From Clostridia bacterium (GTDB taxonomy: Bacteria; Bacillota; DSM-521; Neomoorellales; Neomoorellaceae), in assembly GCA_012727745.1 (NCBI GenBank), contig JAAYGJ010000266.1, positions 1-44,048 on the forward strand: 44,048 nucleotides of DNA, written 5' to 3'. Shown one piece after another: positions 27,204-37,079 of this stretch. The position numbers were made by a program, and so were the translations under genes. Each line of letters opens with the position of its first letter. The first letter of the stretch is position 1. Below the pieces are notes generated by a model. It searched no databases and was not told where the DNA came from. It worked only from the letters and a program-made list of their open reading frames with translations.

Positions 27204-27494
27204 TTAAATTTCTTGCTGAACCATACGTACTATCTCCGCTATCAGCTTGCCGATTACCGGCAGGTTTAACAGAGCCAACTCGCGAATAAGATAAATTACT
27301 ATTGCTCCCAGGATCGTAAAACCAATAGCAAGTCCCAACCCCCGGGCTACCCCCGCGACAAAATTTATCAGCAACAGCCGCCAGGGGCTGCGGTAAAGCT
27401 CGATCCATTCAGCCAGATTAGCTTTTTCAATGGCTGTTATTAGCTGCTGCATTTTTTTGACCAGCAAACTGTTCCCCGGTTCATCAGCCCGCAA
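27204..27494 (-). CDS. Small membrane protein (DUF5665-like)
   Basis: SPWRLLLINFVAGVARGLGLAIGFTILGAIVIYLI hydrophobic core. The family name is from memory. Confidence 0.6.
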   Translation of the reverse strand: MRADEPGNSLLVKKMQQLITAIEKANLAEWIELYRSPWRLLLINFVAGVARGLGLAIGFTILGAIVIYLIRELALLNLPVIGKLIAEIVRMVQQEI

Positions 27495-27560
27495 TTTTTT
27501 CTCTTCCCCTCTCTACACCTTAATATTATGTAGCTTGCCCCCTGCCCCGGGCCTTATAAC

Positions 27561-27591
27561 AAAAATCCTGCGTCAAGGACGCAGGATTTTT
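27561..27591 (-). terminator. Rho-independent terminator after pduL (symmetrical, possibly bidirectional)
   Basis: AAAAATCCTGCGTC-loop-GACGCAGGATTTTT. The pduL TGA stop lies at the top of the stem, and T-runs sit on both sides. Confidence 0.75.
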
Positions 27592-28196
27592 ACTCGGTCA
27601 CCGTTGGCCAGCAAGGCTGCATTGGCCTCGTCAGTATCAAGATGCAACTCCAGAACATAAGTCTCTTTTGTGCGGATTATAACATTATTTAAAATCATCC
27701 CCCTGGGACCGGGAACCAGTACTTGAACTACTTGATCGTTATGAAGTTTCAACTCAGCAGCCCGTTCCGGCTCCATATGGATATGACGGGCCGCCAGAAT
27801 GACACCCCGGGGTAGGTTAACCGCCCCAGCCGGACCTACCACTACAACTCCGGGAGTGCCGTCAAGATCGCCCGAATCCCTGATTGGCGGGCGCAAACCC
27901 AGGCGATAAGCATCAGTCATGGCTACTTCCACCTGGGTATATTCCCGCAACGGGCCCAGTACCCGCACACTTTCCAATACTCCCCGGGGGCCGACAATAG
28001 TAACCGTCTCGTTGGCAGCAAATTCTCCCTTCTGGCTGAGTTCCTTTTTAACTGTAAACTCATAGCCAGCTCCAAATAGAGCGTCGGCCTCAGCACGGCT
28101 AAGATGTATATGCCGGCCGGAAACGCCGACGGGGACCTCCACGGGCAAAAACGCGTCAGTCGCGTGCTCTCTCACCAACCCGGTCCATCCTTTCAT
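27573..28196 (-). CDS. pduL: Phosphate propanoyl/acetyl-transferase PduL
   Basis: Two PduL repeats with VPVGVSGRHIHLS and ILAARHIHMEP motifs. Confidence 0.85.
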   Translation of the reverse strand: MKGWTGLVREHATDAFLPVEVPVGVSGRHIHLSRAEADALFGAGYEFTVKKELSQKGEFAANETVTIVGPRGVLESVRVLGPLREYTQVEVAMTDAYRLGLRPPIRDSGDLDGTPGVVVVGPAGAVNLPRGVILAARHIHMEPERAAELKLHNDQVVQVLVPGPRGMILNNVIIRTKETYVLELHLDTDEANAALLANGDRVKILRP

Positions 28197-28332
28197 TAAA
28201 TAAACAGTACAAAGGATAGGTGGTGATAAGCCACCACTGGAGGAAATGAGTTATTCCCCCAGGTGCAAAAGCGGTATTTTTATTATTGCCCCGGTCCGGC
28301 TTTTTTATCAACTAGCGCTTCGCGGGCAATTC

Positions 28333-31107
28333 TTAGCGCAGCACCCCGACACAACGCTCACAAAGGTCAGGGTATTCTTTGTCCTGGCCAACGGTTTCGC
28401 TAACCATCCAGCAACGTTCACATTTAGCGCCAGCAGCTTTCTCAACAACAACAGCCAATTCCGGCATCTCGGCATCAATAAAGACCTGTGCCGGGGGTGC
28501 CTCTGCAGGAGTGTGGAGCTGCACTTGAGAAACAATAAATACTGTCGTCAGCTCATTTTCCAGAGGCTGTAGGAAACTATAAAGCTCAGCGTCAGGGTAG
28601 AGATGGACCGCTGCGTTTAAAGAGTTCCCCAGGCCCTGTTCCTGGCGAACTTTTTCTAGGGCCCGATCTACAGCATTCCGTATCTGAAGAATTCTCTCCC
28701 ATTTAGCGTGTAATTCATCATCTAGAAATTCTTCTTTAACCTGTGGCCAACTGGTCAGCTGAACGCTAACAGGCCTGTCGCCGTTCCCGGGCAGATGCTG
28801 CCAGATTTCTTCACTGGTAAAAGCCAGTACCGGCGTTAACAGTCTAGCCAGGACTTCAATGGTCTCATAAAGAACAGTCTGTGCCGAACGACGCCCTTTC
28901 GAGGCAGCGGGCCAGGTATAGAGCCGATCTTTAATTATATCCAGATAAATGGCACTTAAATCCACAGCACAGAAGTTATGAATAACATGATAGACTACAT
29001 GGAATTCATATTCATCATAGGCCCTGGTAACTCTGTCGATTAGGCGCTGGAGCCGGTCCATAGCCCAGCGGTCCAGTTCCAGCATCTCAGTGCGGCTTAC
29101 CCGGTCTTTTTCGGGAACAAAATCATAAAGGTTGGCCAGCAAAAAGCGACAGGTGTTACGGATTTTGCGATATGCCTCTGTAATCTGCTGCAAAATGTTA
29201 GGCGAAGCAGCTACATCGCGGCGGTAATCAGCCGAAGCCACCCACAGGCGCAAAATATCAGCGCCTTTTTGTTTGATAACATCAGCCGGGTCAATGCCGT
29301 TGCCCAGAGACTTGGACATCTTACGGCCTTCCTCGTCAACCAGGAAACCATGGGTCAGTACCTGGCGGTACGGTGCCTTGCCCCGGGTAGCCACCGCAGT
29401 GGACAGCGAGGAGTTAAACCAACCCCGGTGCTGGTCGCTCCCTTCCAGGTAGAGATCAGCCGGCCACCTCAGTTCGGGACGTTCCATCAGCACTGCCGCG
29501 TGGCTGGAGCCAGAATCAAACCACACGTCCATAATATCGGTTTCTTTGCGAAAATCCTGACTGCCGCACTCGGGACATTTTAACCCTGCCGGTACCAGTT
29601 CGTTCGCCTCACGGGCAAACCAGACGTTAGAACCGTGCTGGCGGAATAGTTGTTGCAAGTGGCTGATAGTGGCATCGTTAATAATTTCTTTGCCACACTG
29701 ATTACAGTAAAAGATGGGGATTGGTACCCCCCAGGTACGCTGGCGGGAAATACACCAGTCGCCCCTATCGGCCACCATGTTATAAATGCGATCCCGCCAC
29801 CAGGAAGGGATCCATTTTACTTCATTAATAGCCTCCAGAGCCTGCTGGCGAAATTTCTCAACCGAAGCAAACCATTGTTCCGTAGCCCTGAAGATAATTG
29901 GATGCTTGCAACGCCAGCAGTGGGGGTACTGGTGTTCCACAAAACTAAAATGGAGCAAAGCGCCTCGTTCTTCCAGTTCTTTAACCACCGCTTCATTGGC
30001 ATCCAGGACAAATAGTCCGGCAAACTGGCCGCCCTCGTCCGTAAATCGTCCCTGATCATCAAGGGGCGATATAATCGGCAGGTTGTATTTTTTACCAACC
30101 TCGTAGTCTTCAATACCGTGGCCGGGAGCCGTATGCACGCAGCCAGTACCCTGTTCCAGGGTTACATGGTCACCAAGAATAACCAACGATTCCCGTTCCA
30201 TCAGAGGATTGCGGCAGATTACTCCTTCCAACTCGGCGCCGCTAAAACTTGCCACTACCTGGTAATCTTCCTTACCAAAAGCAGCCATTACCTGTTGGTG
30301 CAGCTCCGCCGCCATCAGCAAACGTTCCTCACCGACCTGAATCAATAAATACTTAAACTCCGGATGCAAGCAGATAGCTACGTTGGCTGGCAGCGTCCAG
30401 GGGGTAGTAGTCCAGATAACGATTGAACTACCTTGAGCCTCAAATAGACCCTGGGCATCAATCACGGGGAACTTAACATAAATAGAAGGTGAACGGTGCT
30501 CGCCATATTCAACTTCCGCCTCGGCTAAGGCAGTCTCGCAATCTGTACACCAGTAAACCGGTTTGAGGCCTTTGTAAATACAACCTTTTTTAGCTATTTC
30601 ACCAAAGACGCCGATCTGTACAGCTTCATATTCTGGGCTGAGGGTTAGGTAAGGGTTGTCCCAATCGCCACGAACTCCCAGGCGTTTAAATTCTTCCCGC
30701 TGAATGTTGACATACTTTAGGGCAAAATCACGGCATTTATTGCGAAAATGAACAATATCTACAGCGTGGCGATTAAGGCTCAAGCTTTTTATAGCCTGCT
30801 GCTCGATGGGTAAGCCGTGGGTATCCCAACCCGGTACATAGGGTGCGTCATAACCGTTCATTGAATGATATTTGACGATAATATCTTTCAATATTTTGTT
30901 CAGCGTATGTCCCAGATGAATGTGACCGTTAGCATAGGGAGGTCCATCATGCAAGATAAATTTAGGCTTGCCTTTATTGGCTTCCTGGACCCGGGCATAA
31001 ATATCGTTTTCCTCCCATAATTTCATTATTTCTGGTTCTCGCTGAGGCAAGTTAGCCCGCATAGGGAATTTTGTTTGAGGTAAATTTAGAGTTTTACTAT
31101 AATCCAA
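28333..31107 (-). CDS. ileS: Isoleucine--tRNA ligase
   Basis: HIGH motif ([11 protein letters not shown]), KMSKS, CP1 editing domain, C-terminal Cys zinc cluster. TTG start with an AAGGAGGAG RBS. Confidence 0.97.
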   Translation of the reverse strand: MDYSKTLNLPQTKFPMRANLPQREPEIMKLWEENDIYARVQEANKGKPKFILHDGPPYANGHIHLGHTLNKILKDIIVKYHSMNGYDAPYVPGWDTHGLPIEQQAIKSLSLNRHAVDIVHFRNKCRDFALKYVNIQREEFKRLGVRGDWDNPYLTLSPEYEAVQIGVFGEIAKKGCIYKGLKPVYWCTDCETALAEAEVEYGEHRSPSIYVKFPVIDAQGLFEAQGSSIVIWTTTPWTLPANVAICLHPEFKYLLIQVGEERLLMAAELHQQVMAAFGKEDYQVVASFSGAELEGVICRNPLMERESLVILGDHVTLEQGTGCVHTAPGHGIEDYEVGKKYNLPIISPLDDQGRFTDEGGQFAGLFVLDANEAVVKELEERGALLHFSFVEHQYPHCWRCKHPIIFRATEQWFASVEKFRQQALEAINEVKWIPSWWRDRIYNMVADRGDWCISRQRTWGVPIPIFYCNQCGKEIINDATISHLQQLFRQHGSNVWFAREANELVPAGLKCPECGSQDFRKETDIMDVWFDSGSSHAAVLMERPELRWPADLYLEGSDQHRGWFNSSLSTAVATRGKAPYRQVLTHGFLVDEEGRKMSKSLGNGIDPADVIKQKGADILRLWVASADYRRDVAASPNILQQITEAYRKIRNTCRFLLANLYDFVPEKDRVSRTEMLELDRWAMDRLQRLIDRVTRAYDEYEFHVVYHVIHNFCAVDLSAIYLDIIKDRLYTWPAASKGRRSAQTVLYETIEVLARLLTPVLAFTSEEIWQHLPGNGDRPVSVQLTSWPQVKEEFLDDELHAKWERILQIRNAVDRALEKVRQEQGLGNSLNAAVHLYPDAELYSFLQPLENELTTVFIVSQVQLHTPAEAPPAQVFIDAEMPELAVVVEKAAGAKCERCWMVSETVGQDKEYPDLCERCVGVLR

Positions 31108-31195
31108 TTGCTCTCGTCACTCCTCCTTAGCTCTCAAGGTCCTGACCCCATATTACCCGGCAATAATTAAAGGTATTTTTTTATTATAGTCATAA

Positions 31196-31717
31196 TCAAC
31201 CTGCCGGGTCAAGTTTTACCTTCTCTTCTGCCCCCTCAAGGAATTGCTGCTCATCCTCAATAAGAACAGAAGCTGCTGCTTCATCGTCGACGAATGTCTC
31301 CAGCTGGGCTTTCAGAAAGGAGCGAAAGCGCATTTTGAAAGCCGCTGTTTTAGCCTGCAGGTCGCTGTAGTAACGCTCCGCCTTTTCCACTTCGACCTGG
31401 GCCTGGTGGAGCATCTCTTTAACTTTATTTTCTGCTTCCTTAATAATCACTTCAGCTTCCCGCTGGGCATTCTGGCGCATTTCATCAGCCGTCTGCTGGG
31501 CCATAACCAGAGCTTGTTTAATTGTATTCTCTAGTTTATTGTAACGTTCTATTTCTTCGCTGAGACGCAAGTTCTTCTCCCGCAATTCTTGGTTTTCCCT
31601 GTAAACCTGGCCGTAATCCCGCAACACCTGTTCCAGGAATTCATCTACCTCATTGCAATTATATCCGCGGAAAGAGCGGGAGAATTCTTTCTTATTAATA
31701 TCAAGGGGTGTTAACAC
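31196..31717 (-). CDS. divIVA: Cell division protein DivIVA
   Basis: LTPLDINKKEFSRSFRGYNCNEVDEFL followed by a coiled coil. GTG 31717 sits at good spacing from a GGAGG RBS; the longest ORF starts at the GTG at 31723. Confidence 0.9.
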   Translation of the reverse strand: MLTPLDINKKEFSRSFRGYNCNEVDEFLEQVLRDYGQVYRENQELREKNLRLSEEIERYNKLENTIKQALVMAQQTADEMRQNAQREAEVIIKEAENKVKEMLHQAQVEVEKAERYYSDLQAKTAAFKMRFRSFLKAQLETFVDDEAAASVLIEDEQQFLEGAEEKVKLDPAG

Positions 31718-31732
31718 TTTCACCGCCTCCTG

Positions 31733-32002
31733 TCATATGCCGCTGATTAATAAACCGATAATCAATCGCTGCACTAAATTTAAAAGCAAAACTGCTATAA
31801 TAGGAGAAAAGTCAATTGGCATGCTGGTCCGGGGCATCAAGTTGCGAATTGGTGCCAGCAGGGGTTCAGTCACTTCGTAGATAAAACGCATAACCGGATG
31901 GTTGGGGTTGTGTGGCACCCAGGACATCAAAATACGAGCAATGATTATCCAGCTGTAAACATCAAAAGCCGACCTGACCAGCATTATCAGTGTCATTTGC
32001 AT
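31733..32002 (-). CDS. YggT family membrane protein (YlmG)
   Basis: YSWIIIARILMSW...PVMRFIYEVTEPLLAPIR is typical YggT. Confidence 0.85.
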   Translation of the reverse strand: MQMTLIMLVRSAFDVYSWIIIARILMSWVPHNPNHPVMRFIYEVTEPLLAPIRNLMPRTSMPIDFSPIIAVLLLNLVQRLIIGLLISGI

Positions 32003-32805
32003 AGGCTTTTCTCCTTACCTAAACTCTGAGATCTGAGGCTGGCCGCCTCGACTGCACGCATTATTGTTCCCCGGAAGCCCTGTTCCTCCAGAACCGCCAG
32101 GCCGGCAATAGTTGTCCCGGCAGGTGAGGCCACTCTGTCTTTTAAAACCGCCGGGTGTTCACCGGAAGCAAGCACCATCCGCGCTGAACCTAAAACCGTC
32201 TGCGCTGCCAGTTGCAGGGCTACCTGCCGGGCAAGCCCCTGTTTTACCCCAGCATCAGCCAGAGCTTCTATAAATAGATACACATAGGCGGGACCACTCC
32301 CGCTAAGCCCGGTAACGGCATCGAATTGTTCCTCCGGCAACACCAGGGCCTGGCCAACTGACCGAAAAATTGCCAGTGCTTTATCTAGGTCTGCCTGGCT
32401 CACATACTCATTTTTAGCCAGAGCAGCCATACCCTCCCCTACCAGAGAAGGAGTATTAGGCATCGCTCGCACCAGCGGCACCTCTCCTGCCAACCTGGCC
32501 AGCCGGGCCAGTGTCAGACCGGCAACAATAGAGATCACCAGTTTGCCTTTAAAATTAAGGCCTGACAGCACCTCATGGATGTTCTGGTGTTTTACTGCCA
32601 AAATAATTACCTCTGCTTTGTGCAGCAGTTCTTCCCGGCTGGCTACGGGCTCAAGGCCATATACTTGCTGCAAATGTTGCAAACGTTCTCTGCGAATATC
32701 GTAGGCAATAATCTGCGCCGGTGCAACCAGCCTGACCTTTAATAGACCGTCTATCAGGGCTTCAGCCATTGCACCGGCACCAAGAAAACCTATATTGAAC
32801 TCCAT
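31993..32805 (-). CDS. proC: Pyrroline-5-carboxylate reductase
   Basis: IGFLGAGAMAEAL Rossmann motif, RAMPNTP, and SPAGTTIAGL C-terminal motif. Confidence 0.93.
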   Translation of the reverse strand: MEFNIGFLGAGAMAEALIDGLLKVRLVAPAQIIAYDIRRERLQHLQQVYGLEPVASREELLHKAEVIILAVKHQNIHEVLSGLNFKGKLVISIVAGLTLARLARLAGEVPLVRAMPNTPSLVGEGMAALAKNEYVSQADLDKALAIFRSVGQALVLPEEQFDAVTGLSGSGPAYVYLFIEALADAGVKQGLARQVALQLAAQTVLGSARMVLASGEHPAVLKDRVASPAGTTIAGLAVLEEQGFRGTIMRAVEAASLRSQSLGKEKSLCK

Positions 32806-32820
32806 TATCTAGTCCCCCTG

Positions 32821-33258
32821 TTAACTGCGTCCGGCTACCTTCAACCAATCAATATCTGTATTAATACTCTTTTCTGTGGCACCGCTTAAATCAATATTGC
32901 TGGAAGCAAATATAAAAATACCCCCGGTTATCCGCCGAACCTGCCCTCCCAGGGCAAAGGTAGCGCCGCTTAAAAAATCGATAATCCGCCTGGCTTCTTC
33001 AATAGGCAAGTCTTCCAAATTAACAATTAGGGGACGGAAATTTTTTAAATTCTCCGCCAACGACGCTGCTTCATCGAAAGACTGGGGGCGAGATATTACC
33101 AGACGGGTAGAATTACGCGTTGTAGGTAAACTTACCAGCTTGGCTTTACTGTTTCCCCGCGGGCGTGCCTCTGCCCATCTTTCGCGTTCGCTTAGCTCGG
33201 GCAGTTCATCTTCAGGCCCATACCCTAGCCAGTTTAAAATACCATCCCAAAAGGCCAC
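32821..33258 (-). CDS. sepF: Cell division protein SepF
   Basis: [27 protein letters not shown]...[15 protein letters not shown] is the SepF core. GTG 33258 sits at good spacing from a GGAGG RBS; the longest ORF starts at the GTG at 33267. Confidence 0.9.
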   Translation of the reverse strand: MAFWDGILNWLGYGPEDELPELSERERWAEARPRGNSKAKLVSLPTTRNSTRLVISRPQSFDEAASLAENLKNFRPLIVNLEDLPIEEARRIIDFLSGATFALGGQVRRITGGIFIFASSNIDLSGATEKSINTDIDWLKVAGRS

Positions 33259-33363
33259 ACAGTACACCTCCGCATATTAAAAGTTAAATGTGAAATTTGA
33301 GGTAAGAAATTGTAGAACCACTAAAATTAAAAAAATCCAAGACTGTTAAAATCTGTGCCTTAA

Positions 33364-34053
33364 CTAGTCCCGGGGACCGAAAATTGTGGTGCCGATCCGC
33401 ACCAGGTTGGCTCCTTCTTCGATTGCTACTTCAAAATCTGCACTCATTCCCATAGACAAATAAGGTAGCTCCCCCATTCCGGGTAAGCGCAGGGCTTCAA
33501 CCTCGCGGCGCAATTCAGCCAGGCGCCTGAAAACCGGCCGCACTTCCTCAGCATCAGTCGCCAGAGGTGCAACTGTCATCAGGCCACATACATTTAAAGC
33601 TTTATAGCCGGTTAGTTCTTTACAAAGGGGAATTAATGCTTCGGGAGCAACACCAAATTTAGTTTCTTCGCCAGCCACATTAACTTCAATTAATATGTTT
33701 ACCCTGGCTCCTGCCTGTCCGGCCCGCTTGTCCAGTTCCTGCGCCAGCCTGAGACTGTCCACAGAATGAATCATTGTCACTTTGTCCCATACCTGGCGCA
33801 CTTTATTGCGCTGCAGGTGTCCGATTAAATGCCAGTTAACCCCGGTGATGAAAGGCTGTTTGCGCAATAGTTCCTGGACCCTATTTTCGCCCAGTTCTTT
33901 AATTCCTGCGGCAACAGCTTCGCGGATAACATCAGGAGAAATTGTCTTAGTAACAGCTACCAGGGTACCGTCTTCCGGTTGTCGGCCACTTCTCCTGGCC
34001 GCTGCCGCTATTCTATCGCAGACCATTGCCACATTTTTTGCTAGGCCAGTCAT
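33364..34053 (-). CDS. yggS: YggS/YlmE family pyridoxal-phosphate homeostasis protein
   Basis: LVAVTKT (PLP lysine), GENRVQE, HLIGHLQRNK, LSMGMSADFE. Confidence 0.92.
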   Translation of the reverse strand: MTGLAKNVAMVCDRIAAAARRSGRQPEDGTLVAVTKTISPDVIREAVAAGIKELGENRVQELLRKQPFITGVNWHLIGHLQRNKVRQVWDKVTMIHSVDSLRLAQELDKRAGQAGARVNILIEVNVAGEETKFGVAPEALIPLCKELTGYKALNVCGLMTVAPLATDAEEVRPVFRRLAELRREVEALRLPGMGELPYLSMGMSADFEVAIEEGANLVRIGTTIFGPRD

Positions 34054-34131
34054 TCTTCCCCCTCCGCTTTAATTGCTAATAATTTCTACATAGTAATAAT
34101 AAATCCTGCTATCCGGCCGCAAATACCAGCC

Positions 34132-35130
34132 TCATTTATCCCTTTCGTTGGTCAGCCAGCGCGCCAGATGGGGGTTAGTTACCACCTCCGCGCCAGCCTC
34201 GATACCTTCAACCGCTAATTTATCACCGACCTGCCCCAGACTGGTAACTTCTTGCCACTTGAGACCTCGGGTGTTATACAGGTAAACCCCCATCTCGCCC
34301 TTCTGTCCGCTGCTAAGTGCCTCGGCCGGAATAATTACGCCCCGATATTTGTTTATGATAGCATTTATCTCCAGCTTGCGGGGGTTAAGCCAGCGGAGAT
34401 CCCAGCCGGGCACTTCCATAATAACAACCTTCCTGTCACCTGCATCCTGCCGGCCGGTTATCCTGGCTTTTACATAGCCCCCCTCGCTGGACAAGTCTCC
34501 CGGTAATTCCAAGGATACCGTTTTCCCCTGCTGCCAGCCCGGCGGCCATTCATCCACAATCGCATAGAGGCCAAGGGGCTCCAGATTGTTAACCAGGCGG
34601 ATAATAGCTGTACCAGGTTTTACCTGGCCACCGCTAGTTACCGGTCTGGCCAGGCCGGCCAGTTCAGTTATCTCCTGCAGCGTTATATTTTCCAGGTTGC
34701 CAGGTTGAAGGACTTTTTCCAGGCCATCGGTCAGGTAAGAAACCTGGCCGGCAAAAGGAGCTTTAAGATCTATCGCCCCTCTCCCCTCCGGGTCTATTGC
34801 CAGGGGCAACAGTCTGGCAATAGTGGCTCCTTCAGGCACCCGCTCCCCTTCGGTCACCAGAGGCATTAATTTTCCTGCCGCAGGAGCAATAATAACCTCT
34901 TCCTGCCTGGCGAGGTAGACCTCCATGGTCAGTTTATCCTGTAGAACCCCCTGATTAACCCGTTCTACCGCCAGCAGGCGCCAGGCAACTGACCTCAGCG
35001 CCCCTTGCAGGCCCAGCCATAACAACAGGGCTGCCAGAGCCAGCAATACTAACGAGATGACAAGGTGCCTGTATTTCTTCCCTTTGCGCCTACGTTTTTT
35101 TGTAAGAGGAAGGTTATAGCCTGTTTGCAA
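34132..35130 (-). CDS. Membrane-anchored HlyD/membrane-fusion-protein-like protein lacking the long alpha-hairpin
   Basis: Basic N-terminus plus one TM helix; half-lipoyl motifs IIAPAAGKLMPLVTEGERVPEGATIARL and LKAPFAGQVSYL; MFP-like C-terminus GDKLAVEGIEAGAEVVTNP. TTG start. Confidence 0.6.
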   Translation of the reverse strand: MQTGYNLPLTKKRRRKGKKYRHLVISLVLLALAALLLWLGLQGALRSVAWRLLAVERVNQGVLQDKLTMEVYLARQEEVIIAPAAGKLMPLVTEGERVPEGATIARLLPLAIDPEGRGAIDLKAPFAGQVSYLTDGLEKVLQPGNLENITLQEITELAGLARPVTSGGQVKPGTAIIRLVNNLEPLGLYAIVDEWPPGWQQGKTVSLELPGDLSSEGGYVKARITGRQDAGDRKVVIMEVPGWDLRWLNPRKLEINAIINKYRGVIIPAEALSSGQKGEMGVYLYNTRGLKWQEVTSLGQVGDKLAVEGIEAGAEVVTNPHLARWLTNERDK

Positions 35131-35136
35131 TGTACT

Positions 35137-35955
35137 TTACTCCAAACTTAAGATAGCTGCCTGACGTCCGGTCACACCGGCAGCTGCACGATAGGAAAAA
35201 AAACTGTCAGCATGGCAGCAGGTGCAAATAGAGGCCAAGCCGATATGCTCCGGTTGCAACCCTGCTGCCAGAAGGTCGAGGTAATTAGTATGAGGAAGGT
35301 CCAGGCGAAAGTGATGGGGACCGTCAGAAGTAAGAACCTTTTCAGCCCAGGGCAAATTGTTTTTTACAGCCTGTCCTACCCGGTTATCTACCTGATAACA
35401 ACAGGAACCAACGGCCGGGCCGATAAAAGCCAGCAGGTCGGCAGGTTGACAGTTAAACTCCTTTACCATCCTGTTTACGACCCGGCTCCCAATCCGCAAA
35501 ACACTGCCTTTCCAGCCAGCATGGGCCAGGCCTATAACCCGTCTGCGTGGATCAACAAGGTAAAGGGGTACACAATCGGCATAAAAAGCAACCAGCACCA
35601 GTTGCGGCTCGGCTGTCACCAAAGCGTCTACCCCGTTCACAGCTGTTGCCGGCTCAAAAACACCCCGGCCAGCATGCTGGTATCCCACCCGGGCTACCCG
35701 ATTGGCATGAACCTGCTCGCCGATAACCCAGTTTTGCAAGGGCAGATTTAAACTTTCTGCTACTAAACGCCGGTTAAACATTACTGCCGCCGGATCATCG
35801 CCAACGTGCAGGCCCAGGTTCAAACTGGCATATGGGGGCCTGCTTGAACCGCCGCTGCGGCCGCTAAAGACTGCTTTAACTGGTGCCCGTTTTTCCAGAA
35901 AAGCCACCCGCCAGTAGATAATATTATCCTTTTTTTCTCTTACTAGGGATGGCAA
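35137..35955 (-). CDS. pgeF: Purine nucleoside phosphorylase / laccase-domain protein PgeF (YlmD, Cu-oxidase_4)
   Basis: QVHANRV, ADCVPL, HAGWKG and CTCC motifs. TTG start with a GGAGGGG RBS. Confidence 0.9.
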   Translation of the reverse strand: MPSLVREKKDNIIYWRVAFLEKRAPVKAVFSGRSGGSSRPPYASLNLGLHVGDDPAAVMFNRRLVAESLNLPLQNWVIGEQVHANRVARVGYQHAGRGVFEPATAVNGVDALVTAEPQLVLVAFYADCVPLYLVDPRRRVIGLAHAGWKGSVLRIGSRVVNRMVKEFNCQPADLLAFIGPAVGSCCYQVDNRVGQAVKNNLPWAEKVLTSDGPHHFRLDLPHTNYLDLLAAGLQPEHIGLASICTCCHADSFFSYRAAAGVTGRQAAILSLE

Positions 35956-36000
35956 GAAAACCCCTCCTAAAAGGTTATTATATCATAACAGCGCCAATTA

Positions 36001-36270
36001 TTAAGCCCTTTCCCGGTGCAGGGGAGCTGTGCAGCTGTAACTCTCCACCAGAATAACATCTACCCCTATCTTTACCACATTTTCCCAGGGGATTACCAGA
36101 TCTTCATCCCGCCCAAAAAAGTACAAAAACTTTCCCGTCGTCCCCGGGACAATCAAAGATTTTACTCGTCCCGCTTCCAAATCAAGATCAATGTCTTTTA
36201 TTGCCCCCAGCCTGCGGCCGTCAATAACGTTTATAACCTCCCGCTGGCGTAATTCAGCTACCCGGATCAT
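36001..36270 (-). CDS. ylmC: YlmC/YmxH family PRC-barrel sporulation protein
   Basis: MIRVAELRQREVINVIDGRRLGAIKDIDLDLEAGRVKSLIVPG is typical YlmC. ATG 36270 is preferred over 36285. Confidence 0.85.
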   Translation of the reverse strand: MIRVAELRQREVINVIDGRRLGAIKDIDLDLEAGRVKSLIVPGTTGKFLYFFGRDEDLVIPWENVVKIGVDVILVESYSCTAPLHRERA

Positions 36271-36345
36271 TTCCCCCACCCCCATGCTAAATAATACCTG
36301 CTATAGCTCTTAAAATACAATACTTTTATCAGCCTTACTTTAGAC

Positions 36346-36377
36346 GCAAAAAAGAAAAAAACCAGCTTTTACTGGTT
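36346..36377 (-). terminator. Rho-independent terminator after spoIIR
   Basis: Minus strand AACCAG-taaaag-CTGGTT followed by TTTTTTTCTTTTTT. The stop codon is embedded in the stem. Confidence 0.8.
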
Positions 36378-37020
36378 ACATGTACCTGCTTTGTAAATCT
36401 GCCAGACGCTGGCGGGAGGCATTAAACAGTTCAACTAACTTCCAGCGCACTTTGATAGAGTTTTCTTTTGGCAGCTTTGTCGAAGCTGGCAGGGCAAAAA
36501 CAGGATAAGTGTCTGCTGATACTCCTTCCGGCAAGCCTCCGGCTGCATCTACCAAACATAGAGGCGGGAAAAGAACACACCACCAGTTTTGCCCTTTGCC
36601 CTCGCCAATTACCAGCCGGACCGCTTCATAGCTGCCGGCGGCCAGTACAAGCTGTCCATAGGCCCGGGTAGGAAAAATATAATCCCCGATTTCAGCGCGG
36701 ACAGGGTAGTTTTCCCCCTGTCGCCTGATTTCTGACCGGGCTAAAGCTGTAATTCGGTCCAGGTTCTGGCTGACCAGCCGGCGGACAGTAGCTATATCAG
36801 CTGCTGACAGCTGTTTTGCCGTAGCTGCAAGAACTGCATCTCGCACCTGGCGCTTTAATTCCTGGTCAGCAGCCGTGTCGCTATTAGCAATAACATGGAA
36901 TCTAATCAGGTTATGGGGATTAAAGGCCGGCACCGCCGTCTGGGGAAAGGCCGCCCCCTTCAGTAATAAAACTCCGATCAGTAAAAAAAATAAAATTACC
37001 CACTTCGGTTTAAAAAACAC
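36376..37020 (-). CDS. spoIIR: Stage II sporulation protein R
   Basis: Signal anchor, then LIRFHVIANSDTAADQELKRQVRDAVL and NWWCVLFPPLCLVD, both SpoIIR hallmarks. Confidence 0.88.
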   Translation of the reverse strand: MFFKPKWVILFFLLIGVLLLKGAAFPQTAVPAFNPHNLIRFHVIANSDTAADQELKRQVRDAVLAATAKQLSAADIATVRRLVSQNLDRITALARSEIRRQGENYPVRAEIGDYIFPTRAYGQLVLAAGSYEAVRLVIGEGKGQNWWCVLFPPLCLVDAAGGLPEGVSADTYPVFALPASTKLPKENSIKVRWKLVELFNASRQRLADLQSRYM

Positions 37021-37079
37021 CTTTCAGTCGACACTCCTTTGACAAAATTGCACTTCCAACTCCCCAGCTCACATATATA

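Noticed and set aside
37021-37079. Independent sigma-F/G promoter for spoIIR in the sigG-spoIIR gap
   Set aside because: No GYATA-15-GGnnAnAnT or CATnnTA-type match could be aligned, hence the co-transcription hypothesis instead.
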